Source: an uncultured virus (IMG/VR IMGVR_UViG_3300033992_000883) (taxonomy: Duplodnaviria > Heunggongvirae > Uroviricota > Caudoviricetes). From it: 64,000 bases of DNA. A program made the position numbers and the translations under genes. The notes beneath the pieces were generated by a model. It was not told the origin of the DNA and searched no databases. It saw nothing but the letters and a program-made list of their open reading frames with translations. Shown here in pieces: positions 40,652 through 49,796 of the stretch (position 1 is the stretch's first letter; every line of letters begins with the position of its first letter). The stretch lies in IMG/VR virus record IMGVR_UViG_3300033992_000883; one strand, given 5' to 3'.

Positions 40652-40662
40652 TAATATACAAA
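40652..40662 (-). promoter_or_regulatory. GTATATTA promoter-like motif
   Basis: TTTGTATATTA in a 26-nt intergenic gap. Confidence 0.5.
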
Positions 40663-42837
40663 TTAATTTTTACAATTGCAAGTTTGACTTGTATTATTGT
40701 TGCATCCACAAGTACATTCTTTACACTTATAATTAGGATCTTTAAGAGCTTGTAAGTCTATTAGTTCTTTTTGTATTAACCATCTATCATCTTCTTCAGG
40801 GCAACAGTTAGTTATACCATATCTTTTTTCAAGAGCTAGTTTATACATTATTTCTGCAAACCTACAAGTTATATTATCATATTTTTCTGGAGTACATATT
40901 GGTGTATTATACCCAGGTCTTACAGTTCTGTTATTTTTAAATACTGGTTGAGGACAAACAAAAGCTGTAGTATCAAGTTGTAAACAGTTACCAAAATATT
41001 CAGCATATAAAAATTGACCTTCTGGTAATTCTGGTAATATCCATTTCTTTAAACAAATCTTTTCAGAAGTTTCTCCTACAAGTAATGTTATTTCTTGTGT
41101 GTTATTTTCACAATCAACATATTCTATAACTTGTTCTGTTAGTGTAAGATTAGTTATTTTAGAACATACACATGGTAAATCAATACCACATTCAGGACAA
41201 CCTTTATAAGAATTAACTACTACTACATTTGATAAGTCTGTAAATGTTCTAGTTGTAGTAACCTCCCAACAAGTATCACAGTTTTCTATTTTAATAACAC
41301 CCCCTACATAGTCAGATAAATCTGTTGTAGTTACTATATCACCAACTTCACCAGCACAATCTGTAAGTCTGTAAAATGTAGATAAACAATCATTACATCT
41401 TTTAAAAGTATTATCAATTACAACTAATGTTTCAGATGGTGGAACATAATTTATTTGTTGTATTGTAAAACATCCGCAATCAGTTTCAATTACACTTCCT
41501 AAATATTCAGATAAATCTTGAGTAGTATATTGTACATCATATATCTTTTCACAATTCTGAAGTTTATAAGCTATATATGGTTCACAAGTTTCACAAGAAC
41601 TGAACTCTTGAAGTACTGTTACATCTACAGGACAATCACATGGACCTGGACAAACTTCAGTTTGAACATTTATCCAATTATTTACACCTTGAATTACCCA
41701 ACCAGTTAATGAACCATCACTAATTGTTTCTGGACAATCACCTTGAAATTTACTTTCTGCATAAGTAGTACCAGGATTTGCACAACAGTCAATAATTGTG
41801 ATAACCCAATTAGTAGAAGGATTAGTTGATGCATTCCAAATATAAAAGTCATCTGTACCAACTGTAAATTTCCATACTCCCCAACCATTATATGTACCTA
41901 TATTGGTTGCTGTATATTCTGTTACTCCTGATCTATCTTCTATAGTTACAGTTATACAATCACAATTTATTGCAGTACTTTCATCAACTTCCCAGCATCC
42001 TTCATAACCTAATAATGTAATTACAGAAGATGTATTTACATATTGAGATAAACTCTGTAGAGTAGAGTATATTACCTCTTTAATATTTGGATCACAGTTT
42101 GTAAGTTTATAGCATTTTTCTGGACATAGCCCATCAACACATTCTTCACCTTCAATAATTTCATATCCATTACCTTTAACTAAAGGATAAACTTTTGAAC
42201 AAAACTTAGTAGCTGTTGAATTAGTAATCAAGTTACCATCACAATCTATATATTGTACTCCTACAACTGAACCCTTTGATGATAGTAAAACAATTTCAAA
42301 ACATCTACATAAACATTCAGGAACTGCAACATCATTAACTCCAAAATCATTATTTATATCTGTACAGGGTCCTTCATTAATATATACATACCAAGATCCT
42401 GAAATTACATCACCACTATCTATATCATATATTTGAATAGGCTCCCCATACAAACTATAAACAAATGCTGAAAGATCATTTGTAGTATTAAACTGACCTC
42501 CATCACAGTTATATAAAGTATAACATTGTGGATTACATTCTGGACATCCATTAGGAAATACATACTCTGCACATTCAGCTTCTTTATTTGGAAAAGTACT
42601 AAAAAAAGAAGGAGGAATAGAACTTACATTTGGTAATGGAAACCACTCATCAAATGGTACAAATGATATGGTTACTTGATAACAACTATTAGTAAAACCA
42701 GAAGGTAAGGGTAAACTAGAATTTGGATAAACTAAAGCAGGGTAATTAGTTCCATTATACTTAAACTCCAATATATCATTTTCATTACAACAACTTGTAA
42801 ATGTAATTTTTCTAAATTGAAGTTCTGTAGCAGCCAT
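40663..42837 (-). CDS. Cys-rich repeat structural protein (724 aa)
   Basis: About 55 Cys by hand count; four YxLxxC..T..DLSxY repeats. Confidence 0.6.
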   Translation of the reverse strand: MAATELQFRKITFTSCCNENDILEFKYNGTNYPALVYPNSSLPLPSGFTNSCYQVTISFVPFDEWFPLPNVSSIPPSFFSTFPNKEAECAEYVFPNGCPECNPQCYTLYNCDGGQFNTTNDLSAFVYSLYGEPIQIYDIDSGDVISGSWYVYINEGPCTDINNDFGVNDVAVPECLCRCFEIVLLSSKGSVVGVQYIDCDGNLITNSTATKFCSKVYPLVKGNGYEIIEGEECVDGLCPEKCYKLTNCDPNIKEVIYSTLQSLSQYVNTSSVITLLGYEGCWEVDESTAINCDCITVTIEDRSGVTEYTATNIGTYNGWGVWKFTVGTDDFYIWNASTNPSTNWVITIIDCCANPGTTYAESKFQGDCPETISDGSLTGWVIQGVNNWINVQTEVCPGPCDCPVDVTVLQEFSSCETCEPYIAYKLQNCEKIYDVQYTTQDLSEYLGSVIETDCGCFTIQQINYVPPSETLVVIDNTFKRCNDCLSTFYRLTDCAGEVGDIVTTTDLSDYVGGVIKIENCDTCWEVTTTRTFTDLSNVVVVNSYKGCPECGIDLPCVCSKITNLTLTEQVIEYVDCENNTQEITLLVGETSEKICLKKWILPELPEGQFLYAEYFGNCLQLDTTAFVCPQPVFKNNRTVRPGYNTPICTPEKYDNITCRFAEIMYKLALEKRYGITNCCPEEDDRWLIQKELIDLQALKDPNYKCKECTCGCNNNTSQTCNCKN

Positions 42838-42838
42838 T

Positions 42839-43042
42839 TTATTTAATAAATTTATTCAAGTTATTATATCTATCTTTTCCCCAAGTATTAACTTTAGGAG
42901 TTTCTTTTACAACTGGTTGTTGTGTTTTTAATGATGATTCATACTGTGATGAACAGTTATTACAAACTGTTCTTCCATTAGATGCTGTCTTTCTTTGACA
43001 TCCGCAAGATAATTTTTTTCCACAATTTGGACATGAACTCAT
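42839..43042 (-). CDS. Small Cys-rich protein (67 aa)
   Basis: CPNCGKKLSCGC..CNNC; preceded by the AAAACCAACAA leader motif. Confidence 0.65.
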   Translation of the reverse strand: MSSCPNCGKKLSCGCQRKTASNGRTVCNNCSSQYESSLKTQQPVVKETPKVNTWGKDRYNNLNKFIK

Positions 43043-43063
43043 AATTTGTTGGTTTTTAAGGGT

Positions 43064-43606
43064 TTAACAATTTTTACAATCTAATTTATTTAGAAGTTTA
43101 ACAGCATAATTAAAGAGAGTCATACCTTCTTGATTCTCATGGCATGTTTCTACTTTAGCTTCTGCAGCTTCTAAAAACATTTTTATCATATGTAATTCCT
43201 TTAGCTTTTCTTTTACTTTAGGTGGTGGATCACAATCTGATATACTTATATTACAAAGAATTTTTTCATAATGATTAAGTGCACAAGTCATTCTTAAATG
43301 ATTATACTCTACATAGACCTTACATTCTGGATCAATTGCATACTTAATATTATAAATTCCATCTGGTAAATTTACAAAACTTGAATCACAATTTTCAGTT
43401 TGAAGTCCTAAATCACATGCTGTAAGTGTAGGAGTAGAGTCTGGTACAAATGCTATTTCAGCAGTATATTTAAATCCGGGTGCTACTATGTATAGTTTAG
43501 GATTAACTATACCTACTAATGGAGAATATACACTTGTATCAAATATCTTCATTACACAAGGATTTGATACAGTAGGGATTTCTAAACTTAATACATGATT
43601 TGCCAT
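43064..43606 (-). CDS. Putative tail hub / fibre-docking protein (180 aa)
   Basis: DTSVY...LPDGIYNIKY motif and helical C-terminus; precedes the fibre genes. Confidence 0.55.
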   Translation of the reverse strand: MANHVLSLEIPTVSNPCVMKIFDTSVYSPLVGIVNPKLYIVAPGFKYTAEIAFVPDSTPTLTACDLGLQTENCDSSFVNLPDGIYNIKYAIDPECKVYVEYNHLRMTCALNHYEKILCNISISDCDPPPKVKEKLKELHMIKMFLEAAEAKVETCHENQEGMTLFNYAVKLLNKLDCKNC

Positions 43607-43617
43607 AAGATAATAAT

Positions 43618-43657
43618 AAAAAAAGGAGAGGAGAAATTATTATCTCACTCTCCTTTT
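43618..43657 (-). terminator. Intrinsic terminator
   Basis: AAAAGGAGAG...CTCTCCTTTT inverted repeat followed by a T-run on the minus strand, after the 462-aa gene. Confidence 0.75.
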
Positions 43658-43677
43658 GAGTTGTTTATAATTTAATA

Positions 43678-45066
43678 TTAATCTACTACTACGATATCAC
43701 CTGGGAAAGGTACAATTGGATTTGCACAGTTATTACCTGAAATAGTTGGTTTTGCAGTACATGTAGTACATTTATCTAACCAATTATTTATTGTAGCCCA
43801 TACACCATTTATCTGATTAATATCACCTTGTTTAACAATAAGTTCTACTAAGTATTGATCATTATCAAATGTTCCAGATGGGTTATAGAAACGTGGTACA
43901 TTATGTAGTAAATAAATTCTATCATAAAGGTCATCTCTCTTAATAAAACCATTACATCCTACAATTGCATCTCCTTGAGTAATTTCACGAATCCTGAAGT
44001 CAGTTGCAAAGAAGTTTTGTCTGTAAGATTCTGACAAGATAAAATCTCTTGCTACAGTTTCTCCAACTCCGTTAGCTTGTAAACCAGGACATTCAACACC
44101 TACACAAAGTGTTTGGAACTCACATGGAGCACCTGTATAATCTACTTCAGAAGCATAGATTCTTACTGGCTCTAATTCATAGAAGTCAGAAACTTGGAAT
44201 GTACAATTACCAAATTTAGTTTCTTCATAAGCACCTGTTAAAGTAAATCCAGCACACATATCTGCTGTATATGCTTCTTCTGACCATGCAGAATAATTTT
44301 CATATGTTACAGTTAGTGGGGGTATTGGTAATGTACCTAAGTCAACATTATCTGGATAATAGTATGTCCAAGTAGCACCATTGTCATCAGAGAATGTTAC
44401 AATTGGATATACAAATGGATTGATGATTGGAGAATTCAAAATTTGATTTGCCCAAGCAAAATATACTTTACGTGGATCTACTGGTACTGGGGCAATCAAT
44501 GGATCATCTGGAGAATCTGGACAACATCCTGTATAACCTTCAAGAGTTAAATAACCATTGTGGTTTAAATATCTTAATGCTGGAGAACCTTTAACATCTA
44601 AACGTAGATAGTAAGTTTCACCACATAAAAATTCTTTACAACAAGTACCTGCAGTTTCTCCTGGATTAGAACTTGAAGGTGGATTGTCAACATTCCAAGG
44701 AGTGTATCCAACATTGGTTACATACTTAGAAGGTGCATTAGCCTCAACATACCAATACTTACTCACATACTGAGGTTTGATAGTTTTGGTTTTGTTAGAC
44801 TCTTGGTATCCTCCATGAAATTTACCAATTTTATCATTTGGATAAATTGAACCTGATGCAACAATGACCGCACAACATGGGTCAGTAGCTGCCTCTGGTG
44901 AAACTTCAAAGTTATCAGGATTAATAAAAGTAATTTCTGCTGGTGACAACTCATTATAAGTTGTAGCACCTGGTGCAGTTGGAGTACCTAACTGAACACC
45001 GTCTAAGTTAGAAATTCCTCCTGTTGCCAAAAGGACTTTTCTAAACGCGTGATTAAAATAAGCCAT
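43678..45066 (-). CDS. Conserved crAss-like structural protein, possibly a capsid auxiliary protein (462 aa)
   Basis: Has its own promoter-like motif and terminator; CGETYYLRLDVKG motif; synteny in the capsid block. Confidence 0.55.
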   Translation of the reverse strand: MAYFNHAFRKVLLATGGISNLDGVQLGTPTAPGATTYNELSPAEITFINPDNFEVSPEAATDPCCAVIVASGSIYPNDKIGKFHGGYQESNKTKTIKPQYVSKYWYVEANAPSKYVTNVGYTPWNVDNPPSSSNPGETAGTCCKEFLCGETYYLRLDVKGSPALRYLNHNGYLTLEGYTGCCPDSPDDPLIAPVPVDPRKVYFAWANQILNSPIINPFVYPIVTFSDDNGATWTYYYPDNVDLGTLPIPPLTVTYENYSAWSEEAYTADMCAGFTLTGAYEETKFGNCTFQVSDFYELEPVRIYASEVDYTGAPCEFQTLCVGVECPGLQANGVGETVARDFILSESYRQNFFATDFRIREITQGDAIVGCNGFIKRDDLYDRIYLLHNVPRFYNPSGTFDNDQYLVELIVKQGDINQINGVWATINNWLDKCTTCTAKPTISGNNCANPIVPFPGDIVVVD

Positions 45067-45100
45067 TGTTTTTTGTTTTAGTTAATAAATATATATAGTA

Positions 45101-45114
45101 TAATATACTCAAAA
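45101..45114 (-). promoter_or_regulatory. GTATATTA promoter-like motif
   Basis: TTTTGAGTATATTA upstream of the 462-aa gene. Confidence 0.55.
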
Positions 45115-45132
45115 GTTTTTAAATATCCAAAT

Positions 45133-45585
45133 TTATTTCAAAAAAGTTAATTTATATCTTGCAGAATTAATTGTTGACTTGATAGTATCTAAGTCATTTA
45201 CTATTTCTGAGTATGGCATTTTAGCCTGTAGACCATTTACCATTGCTGTCATATCATTTAAGTATGATATAGCATCAGCTACTGTATCTAGTTTTCTTGG
45301 ACTGCTTTCAGAATAACTAAGCAACTTACTTGAAGCTCCTTGATATCCTTCAGCTAAATCATCAGCATGCCCTGGTAAGGCATCATATAAATCATTAAGA
45401 GCTTTATGTGCAGCATAAGATCCAGCACCAGAAACTTTTAAATGAAGTTTGTGAAAACTTGTTCCAGCATTCATTAATTCAGATACACATGCCGCTGTCA
45501 TAGTATCACAACTACTACCTGCAGGAACTCTTGAGTATGATGCACTTGATGAATCATCTCTTTTTAACATTCTAGGTTTTTCCAT
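45133..45585 (-). CDS. Ferritin/Dps-like four-helix protein (DUF5856-like)
   Basis: FHKLHL..SYAAHKALNDLYDAL..ADDLAEGYQG...YKLTFLK. Confidence 0.7.
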   Translation of the reverse strand: MEKPRMLKRDDSSSASYSRVPAGSSCDTMTAACVSELMNAGTSFHKLHLKVSGAGSYAAHKALNDLYDALPGHADDLAEGYQGASSKLLSYSESSPRKLDTVADAISYLNDMTAMVNGLQAKMPYSEIVNDLDTIKSTINSARYKLTFLK

Positions 45586-45590
45586 TTTTA

Positions 45591-46289
45591 TTAGTTATTT
45601 CTTTCTGCACCTTCTGTACCTCTAGAAAATTGATTACCTGATTCAATATCTCCAGCAATTATACTAGCTGCTTCATCTATTAATAATTCTATTATATCAT
45701 CTTTAAATTCACATTCTATATTTGCTGTTGAAGCAAGATTGGTATAAGGATCTACACAACCATCTATTTGTATCTTAATGGGCTGTCTATAGTAGATAAG
45801 GTCAGCTTCATCAATGTTAAATTCTCCGTTTGTGTAGATATTTACTTGACCTCCTTTTAATGTTGCAAAAGTTTCTGCCCATTCAAAACTTGGTTGTTTT
45901 GCTTTATCTCTAAGAAGTTCTCTTAAGTTGCCTTCTTCAGCAAGATATACCATCATAGGTCTTTTATCACAACAACCCTTTCTAGTTAGAACATCAACTC
46001 TTTTCCATTGCAAATAGTCATTAGGAAGAGAACTTGTATAATAATATTCTTTATCTGCTATAGTTAAATCAAATGTCTGAAGTAAAATTTGTAAATCATC
46101 CTTTCTTCTTGTTGAACCCTCATCACCTTCTTTAGTAATATTAATACCATGAAGTTGTCTACGGGTCCATTCAACCTGAGCTTTATTAAAAGCCTCAACA
46201 ATTTGCCAGCAAGTTATATTATCATAATCTTGACTGTCAAGCTTATTAAGTCTTTGTTTTATCTTTATAGTGATAGTACTATTAAGCAT
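45591..46289 (-). CDS. Head-tail adaptor / ring protein (232 aa)
   Basis: AFNKAQ..RRKDDLQIL..YYRQP..CEF..EIIELLIDEAA-type pattern of a conserved crAss capsid-block gene. Confidence 0.7.
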   Translation of the reverse strand: MLNSTITIKIKQRLNKLDSQDYDNITCWQIVEAFNKAQVEWTRRQLHGINITKEGDEGSTRRKDDLQILLQTFDLTIADKEYYYTSSLPNDYLQWKRVDVLTRKGCCDKRPMMVYLAEEGNLRELLRDKAKQPSFEWAETFATLKGGQVNIYTNGEFNIDEADLIYYRQPIKIQIDGCVDPYTNLASTANIECEFKDDIIELLIDEAASIIAGDIESGNQFSRGTEGAERNN

Positions 46290-46292
46290 CTC

Positions 46293-46418
46293 TTATTTTT
46301 TTTTCTTTTTAAGAATTCTTGTAAGAACATCAGCTCTTGTAATTTTATTTTTAGGAGGTGCTACTGCAGCTAATTTAGCATTTTTAGTAGTACTTTTTGA
46401 TGTGTTACTTTTTTTCAT
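46293..46418 (-). CDS. Tiny basic protein (41 aa, MKKSNTSK...APPKNKITRADV)
   Basis: ATG at 46418 lies just after the previous stop and is preferred to the overlapping start in the ORF track. Confidence 0.55.
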   Translation of the reverse strand: MKKSNTSKSTTKNAKLAAVAPPKNKITRADVLTRILKKKKK

Positions 46419-46419
46419 T

Positions 46420-46614
46420 TTATCCTCTTTTAATATTTTTCCACATTGCAGCGGCAGCAATTCTTTTACCTTTTTCACCACCACCTGCAGCAGCAGCTAC
46501 ATCAGCAAAACTTTTACCTTTCTTACCAATATCTTTTCCAGCTCTTGCTTTTTTAGCAACTGATGACTTTTCTTTTTTTGTTAGTCCAGCTGAAGGTTTC
46601 TTTTTAGTTGCCAT
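46420..46614 (-). CDS. Small Lys/Ala-rich protein (64 aa)
   Basis: MATKKKPSAGL...KRIAAAAMWKN; ATG at 46614 follows the upstream stop. Confidence 0.65.
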   Translation of the reverse strand: MATKKKPSAGLTKKEKSSVAKKARAGKDIGKKGKSFADVAAAAGGGEKGKRIAAAAMWKNIKRG

Positions 46615-46616
46615 GA

Positions 46617-46844
46617 CTATCCTCCGTATAAAGGTCTTTGACCACATTTACCATTAGACAATCTTGCTAATCCAGGAGGGCATCCAGTTTTTACTGCTTC
46701 TACCATACTTGGTTTAGCTCCACCTTCTTTCATTTGTATTGGATTAGTAGTAGCATTATATCCAGGCATACCAACAATAGTTTGTCCACCATTTTTCATT
46801 TTTTTCATGGCACCACCACATTTAGCGCAACCTAACTTTTTCAT
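46617..46844 (-). CDS. Small basic protein with MKxGG motifs (75 aa)
   Basis: Tightly packed ORF; MKNGG, MKEGG, CPPG. Confidence 0.65.
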   Translation of the reverse strand: MKKLGCAKCGGAMKKMKNGGQTIVGMPGYNATTNPIQMKEGGAKPSMVEAVKTGCPPGLARLSNGKCGQRPLYGG

Positions 46845-46846
46845 AA

Positions 46847-47191
46847 TTATTTCTTTTTAGATTTTACACTACCACCTCTTTTTTGAGTTTTTAATTTATT
46901 CTCAAGACCTTTTGTAAATTTTGCGGCAGGTGTATTCTGTTCTGCTTTAGCAGCTTCTTTAGCAGCAGCTTTTTCTGCAGAACTTTTTGATGCATCTTTA
47001 AATACCTTATTACCTAAAGCAGTTAAACCTGCAGTAAGAATTCTTCCAGCCCATTTTGCACCACCACAATATACACAACCACCACCTGCACCTGCCCCAC
47101 CAGCAGGACAATATCCAGGTGGACATTTTTTTGCACCACCTTCTTTCATTTTTGCAACTGACTTAACAGTTTTTTTATTTGTTGTTTTCAT
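46847..47191 (-). CDS. Small basic protein with MKEGG/QKRGG motifs (114 aa)
   Basis: Tightly packed ORF. Confidence 0.65.
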   Translation of the reverse strand: MKTTNKKTVKSVAKMKEGGAKKCPPGYCPAGGAGAGGGCVYCGGAKWAGRILTAGLTALGNKVFKDASKSSAEKAAAKEAAKAEQNTPAAKFTKGLENKLKTQKRGGSVKSKKK

Positions 47192-47201
47192 AATATATAA
47201 A

Positions 47202-47483
47202 TTAACAGTTCCATTTTCTTAAAGACTTATTAATCCTTGAATCAGGATCATTAGCTGTCTTAGAGCTTGTTAGTTTTTTCTTCATCCCACTCATCCTAGC
47301 ACAAAAAGATTTTCTTCTTTTAGCAGACTTACTATCTGGATCAAGTTTAGAAGGTTTTGTAGTTACAGCTGTCTTAAGTTTACTACCAGGATTAGCTGCT
47401 CTATAACTTGCCACTCCTTTAGCATTAAGACCTCCTTCTGGATTCTTACCTTCTTTTCTTTGCCATGCTGGAGACTTTGCCAT
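47202..47483 (-). CDS. Small basic phage protein (DUF6321-like, 93 aa)
   Basis: AWQRKEGKNPEGGLN...RRKSFCARMSG...SLRKWNC. Confidence 0.7.
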   Translation of the reverse strand: MAKSPAWQRKEGKNPEGGLNAKGVASYRAANPGSKLKTAVTTKPSKLDPDSKSAKRRKSFCARMSGMKKKLTSSKTANDPDSRINKSLRKWNC

Positions 47484-47709
47484 CTTTTTTCTTTTTAGGA
47501 TATGGATTTTCTTTATGCCATTTTTTAGTTGCTGCTACTCCTTGCTTTACAGTTTTTGCTCCTGCTTTCTTGGTAAGATTAATTGTATCCCAAATTCCTT
47601 TATCTTTTGTAGGATGATTAACCATTATATCACCAGGTTTACCTTCACCAATTTTATTGGTCTTTTTGTAAATCTTGTGCTTTTCACCACCGGCAGTTAC
47701 TCTTGCCAT
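47446..47709 (-). CDS. Small basic protein (87 aa)
   Basis: ORF in an operon-like array; Lys-rich. Confidence 0.6.
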   Translation of the reverse strand: MARVTAGGEKHKIYKKTNKIGEGKPGDIMVNHPTKDKGIWDTINLTKKAGAKTVKQGVAATKKWHKENPYPKKKKDGKVSSMAKKRR

Positions 47710-47711
47710 AA

Positions 47712-47936
47712 TTACTTACTAAAGTTTTTTAAAACATTCATTTGTTCTTTAGCAAGATTTTGTATATCTCTCATTCTTTTAGCATCCTTTCTAATATCAT
47801 CTGCTCTTTTTAATGTATTCAAGTCAGATTCAATTTCCCATTTTCTCATTTCTGCCTTTGCTGATTGAGAAACTTTAATTGGTGCTGATGTTTTACTAAC
47901 ACTTGCTTTTTTAGTAGTTGATTTTTTTATTGCCAT
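47712..47936 (-). CDS. Small basic protein (74 aa)
   Basis: KWEIESDLNTLKRADDIRKD helical motif. Confidence 0.65.
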   Translation of the reverse strand: MAIKKSTTKKASVSKTSAPIKVSQSAKAEMRKWEIESDLNTLKRADDIRKDAKRMRDIQNLAKEQMNVLKNFSK

Positions 47937-47938
47937 AA

Positions 47939-48277
47939 CTATGCTTTTTTAACTCTTCTTCCCATACCTACTCTAGACTTCTCAGCTTTCTTAGCAGCTA
48001 GTTTAGAAGGAGTTAGTTCATACTTTGTTTTAGGAGTATCCTTTGATACTCTTTTTGTAGGCCGGCAGTATTCATTTTTACCACCGGCACCACAAGGTTT
48101 TCCTGATTTAGTATCTTGCCACTTTTCTGCTTGCCATCTTTTGAGGTTTGAACCCTCTTTAGTTTTTCTCACAGTACCTGATCCTTTCCTACATTTTGCA
48201 ATAGCTTGAGAAGCCCTTGCTGAAGGAAACACAGCATACTGTGCTTTTACTCTATGATAACATGCATCTTTTGGCAT
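47939..48277 (-). CDS. Small basic phage protein (112 aa)
   Basis: KDACYHRVK..FPSARAS..LKRWQAEKW..CRPTKRVSKDTP, a type of protein I recognise from environmental phages. Confidence 0.7.
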   Translation of the reverse strand: MPKDACYHRVKAQYAVFPSARASQAIAKCRKGSGTVRKTKEGSNLKRWQAEKWQDTKSGKPCGAGGKNEYCRPTKRVSKDTPKTKYELTPSKLAAKKAEKSRVGMGRRVKKA

Positions 48278-48678
48278 TATCCTTTTTTAGGTTTAGCTAC
48301 TGATTTGTTAGTACCACCAGTTTTACCTTTTGCTTTAGTAGAAGCTTTAATTTTTGAATTAACACCAGATTTAACACCTTTAGATCCAGGAGTTTTATCT
48401 GCTACTAATTTAGCATTAGTATTAACCATACCACCTGTTTTAAACCTAGGATTTCCTGTAAGTTTATTAGATCCTATAGGAGGTGTATTAGGTTCAGAAC
48501 TTTGTTCCATAGGTGTAGAATTAGATTTAGTTGTTGGTCCGCCTACACCATACTTTTTCTTTTTAATAGCACCACCTATTCTATACTTAGAAGCCTGCTT
48601 AGTTGTCTTGTCATCAACAGGACGTAGTTGTGAATTAGCAGCACCACCATTATTATACTTTTTCATTTTAGTTGCCAT
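48277..48678 (-). CDS. Basic low-complexity protein with four aromatic-x-x-GG motifs (133 aa)
   Basis: YNNGG, YRIGG, YGVGG, FKTGG. Confidence 0.65.
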   Translation of the reverse strand: MATKMKKYNNGGAANSQLRPVDDKTTKQASKYRIGGAIKKKKYGVGGPTTKSNSTPMEQSSEPNTPPIGSNKLTGNPRFKTGGMVNTNAKLVADKTPGSKGVKSGVNSKIKASTKAKGKTGGTNKSVAKPKKG

Positions 48679-48690
48679 TTTATTTTTAAT

Positions 48691-49713
48691 TTAAGTGTTC
48701 CAATATTTCTCACAAGCTTGGTTAAGATCCTTTAAAAGATCCTCATGTAAAGGATTTTTTAAGTGTTCTATAACATCAGATACATTTCTACCTAGTAAGC
48801 TATTTGACTTAGCATGGTAGATATATCCATCAGGCTTATTAATAATATACTTAAAAAAACTGGAATCACGTACAATTGATTTAATTTTTAGTGTTTCCAT
48901 ATCTAAATTAACTGCATCAATAAATGTTTTTGCTGCTCTTTCTTTGTTAGATTCAGCACCATCTCCTGAAATATATCTATCCATATTTTCATAGATAACA
49001 TCCAATGGTGTTGATTTTCTATACTGTGTAGAGTTTGCATCAACTACTTTAGCAATGTAAAATAATTTAGTACTGTTTTTATCATATAATTTTTGTAATT
49101 CTGAGTAAGCTTTGTTTCTGATTTTTTTGTATTCAGTTCTTACCATTACAGTTTCTTCTTCTTTATCTAAATAAAATTTAGGTGGAACAGCTTTAGATCT
49201 TGCATCATCATAACTTTTTGATATCATTGCAAATCCTCCTGCTTCAATAGCATGAAGTTTAATTCTATCAAATGGTTTAAGAGGATCAAGATATACTGGT
49301 TCATTACCACATGACATTTCTATTTTATTCCAAAATTCTGAATTGTCAGGTTTAAGTAATTTTACTTTGTTCCAAAAATCTTTATCATCAACATCAATAA
49401 TATTTGCAGCTAACTCTTTTTCTAATTCAGCAATTGAAGTTCTAATTTCTCTTATTCTTGCTTCTTTAAGTTCTGGATCTAAAAGTTTAATTTCAGGAGC
49501 AAATTCATTTAATCCTGTGATATATCTTATGACACCATTATTCTCTAAACAAGCAAGTTGCTCATTATGAGTTACTCCGTCAAAAAGACTCATACCATAT
49601 TCTTCTAACCCCATGTTAGTAGCTTGTTTGTCAAAGTAAGGTCTAACAGCAATTGATGTTTTTTTGATGCTGCCTACTCCTACTTCAACCATTGTAAAAT
49701 CTGTTGTTTCCAT
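48691..49713 (-). CDS. Conserved crAss-like protein downstream of the major capsid gene (340 aa)
   Basis: Synteny; NSEFWN..YLDPLKPFD..LGRNVSDVIEHLKNP. Confidence 0.65.
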   Translation of the reverse strand: METTDFTMVEVGVGSIKKTSIAVRPYFDKQATNMGLEEYGMSLFDGVTHNEQLACLENNGVIRYITGLNEFAPEIKLLDPELKEARIREIRTSIAELEKELAANIIDVDDKDFWNKVKLLKPDNSEFWNKIEMSCGNEPVYLDPLKPFDRIKLHAIEAGGFAMISKSYDDARSKAVPPKFYLDKEEETVMVRTEYKKIRNKAYSELQKLYDKNSTKLFYIAKVVDANSTQYRKSTPLDVIYENMDRYISGDGAESNKERAAKTFIDAVNLDMETLKIKSIVRDSSFFKYIINKPDGYIYHAKSNSLLGRNVSDVIEHLKNPLHEDLLKDLNQACEKYWNT

Positions 49714-49751
49714 TTTGTTGGTTTTTATTTGTTGGTTATTAAATCTTAAGT

Positions 49752-49777
49752 AAAAAGGGAGGAGTTACCCCCTCCCT
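49752..49777 (-). terminator. Intrinsic terminator after the major capsid gene
   Basis: Minus strand AGGGAGG-GGGTAACT-CCTCCCT followed by TTTT. Confidence 0.8.
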
Positions 49778-49796
49778 GTTTTTTATATAGAGTAGA

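Noticed and set aside
36871..42837. Diversity-generating retroelement or invertible fibre cassette
   Set aside because: No reverse transcriptase, recombinase, or template/variable repeat pair was seen in the window.
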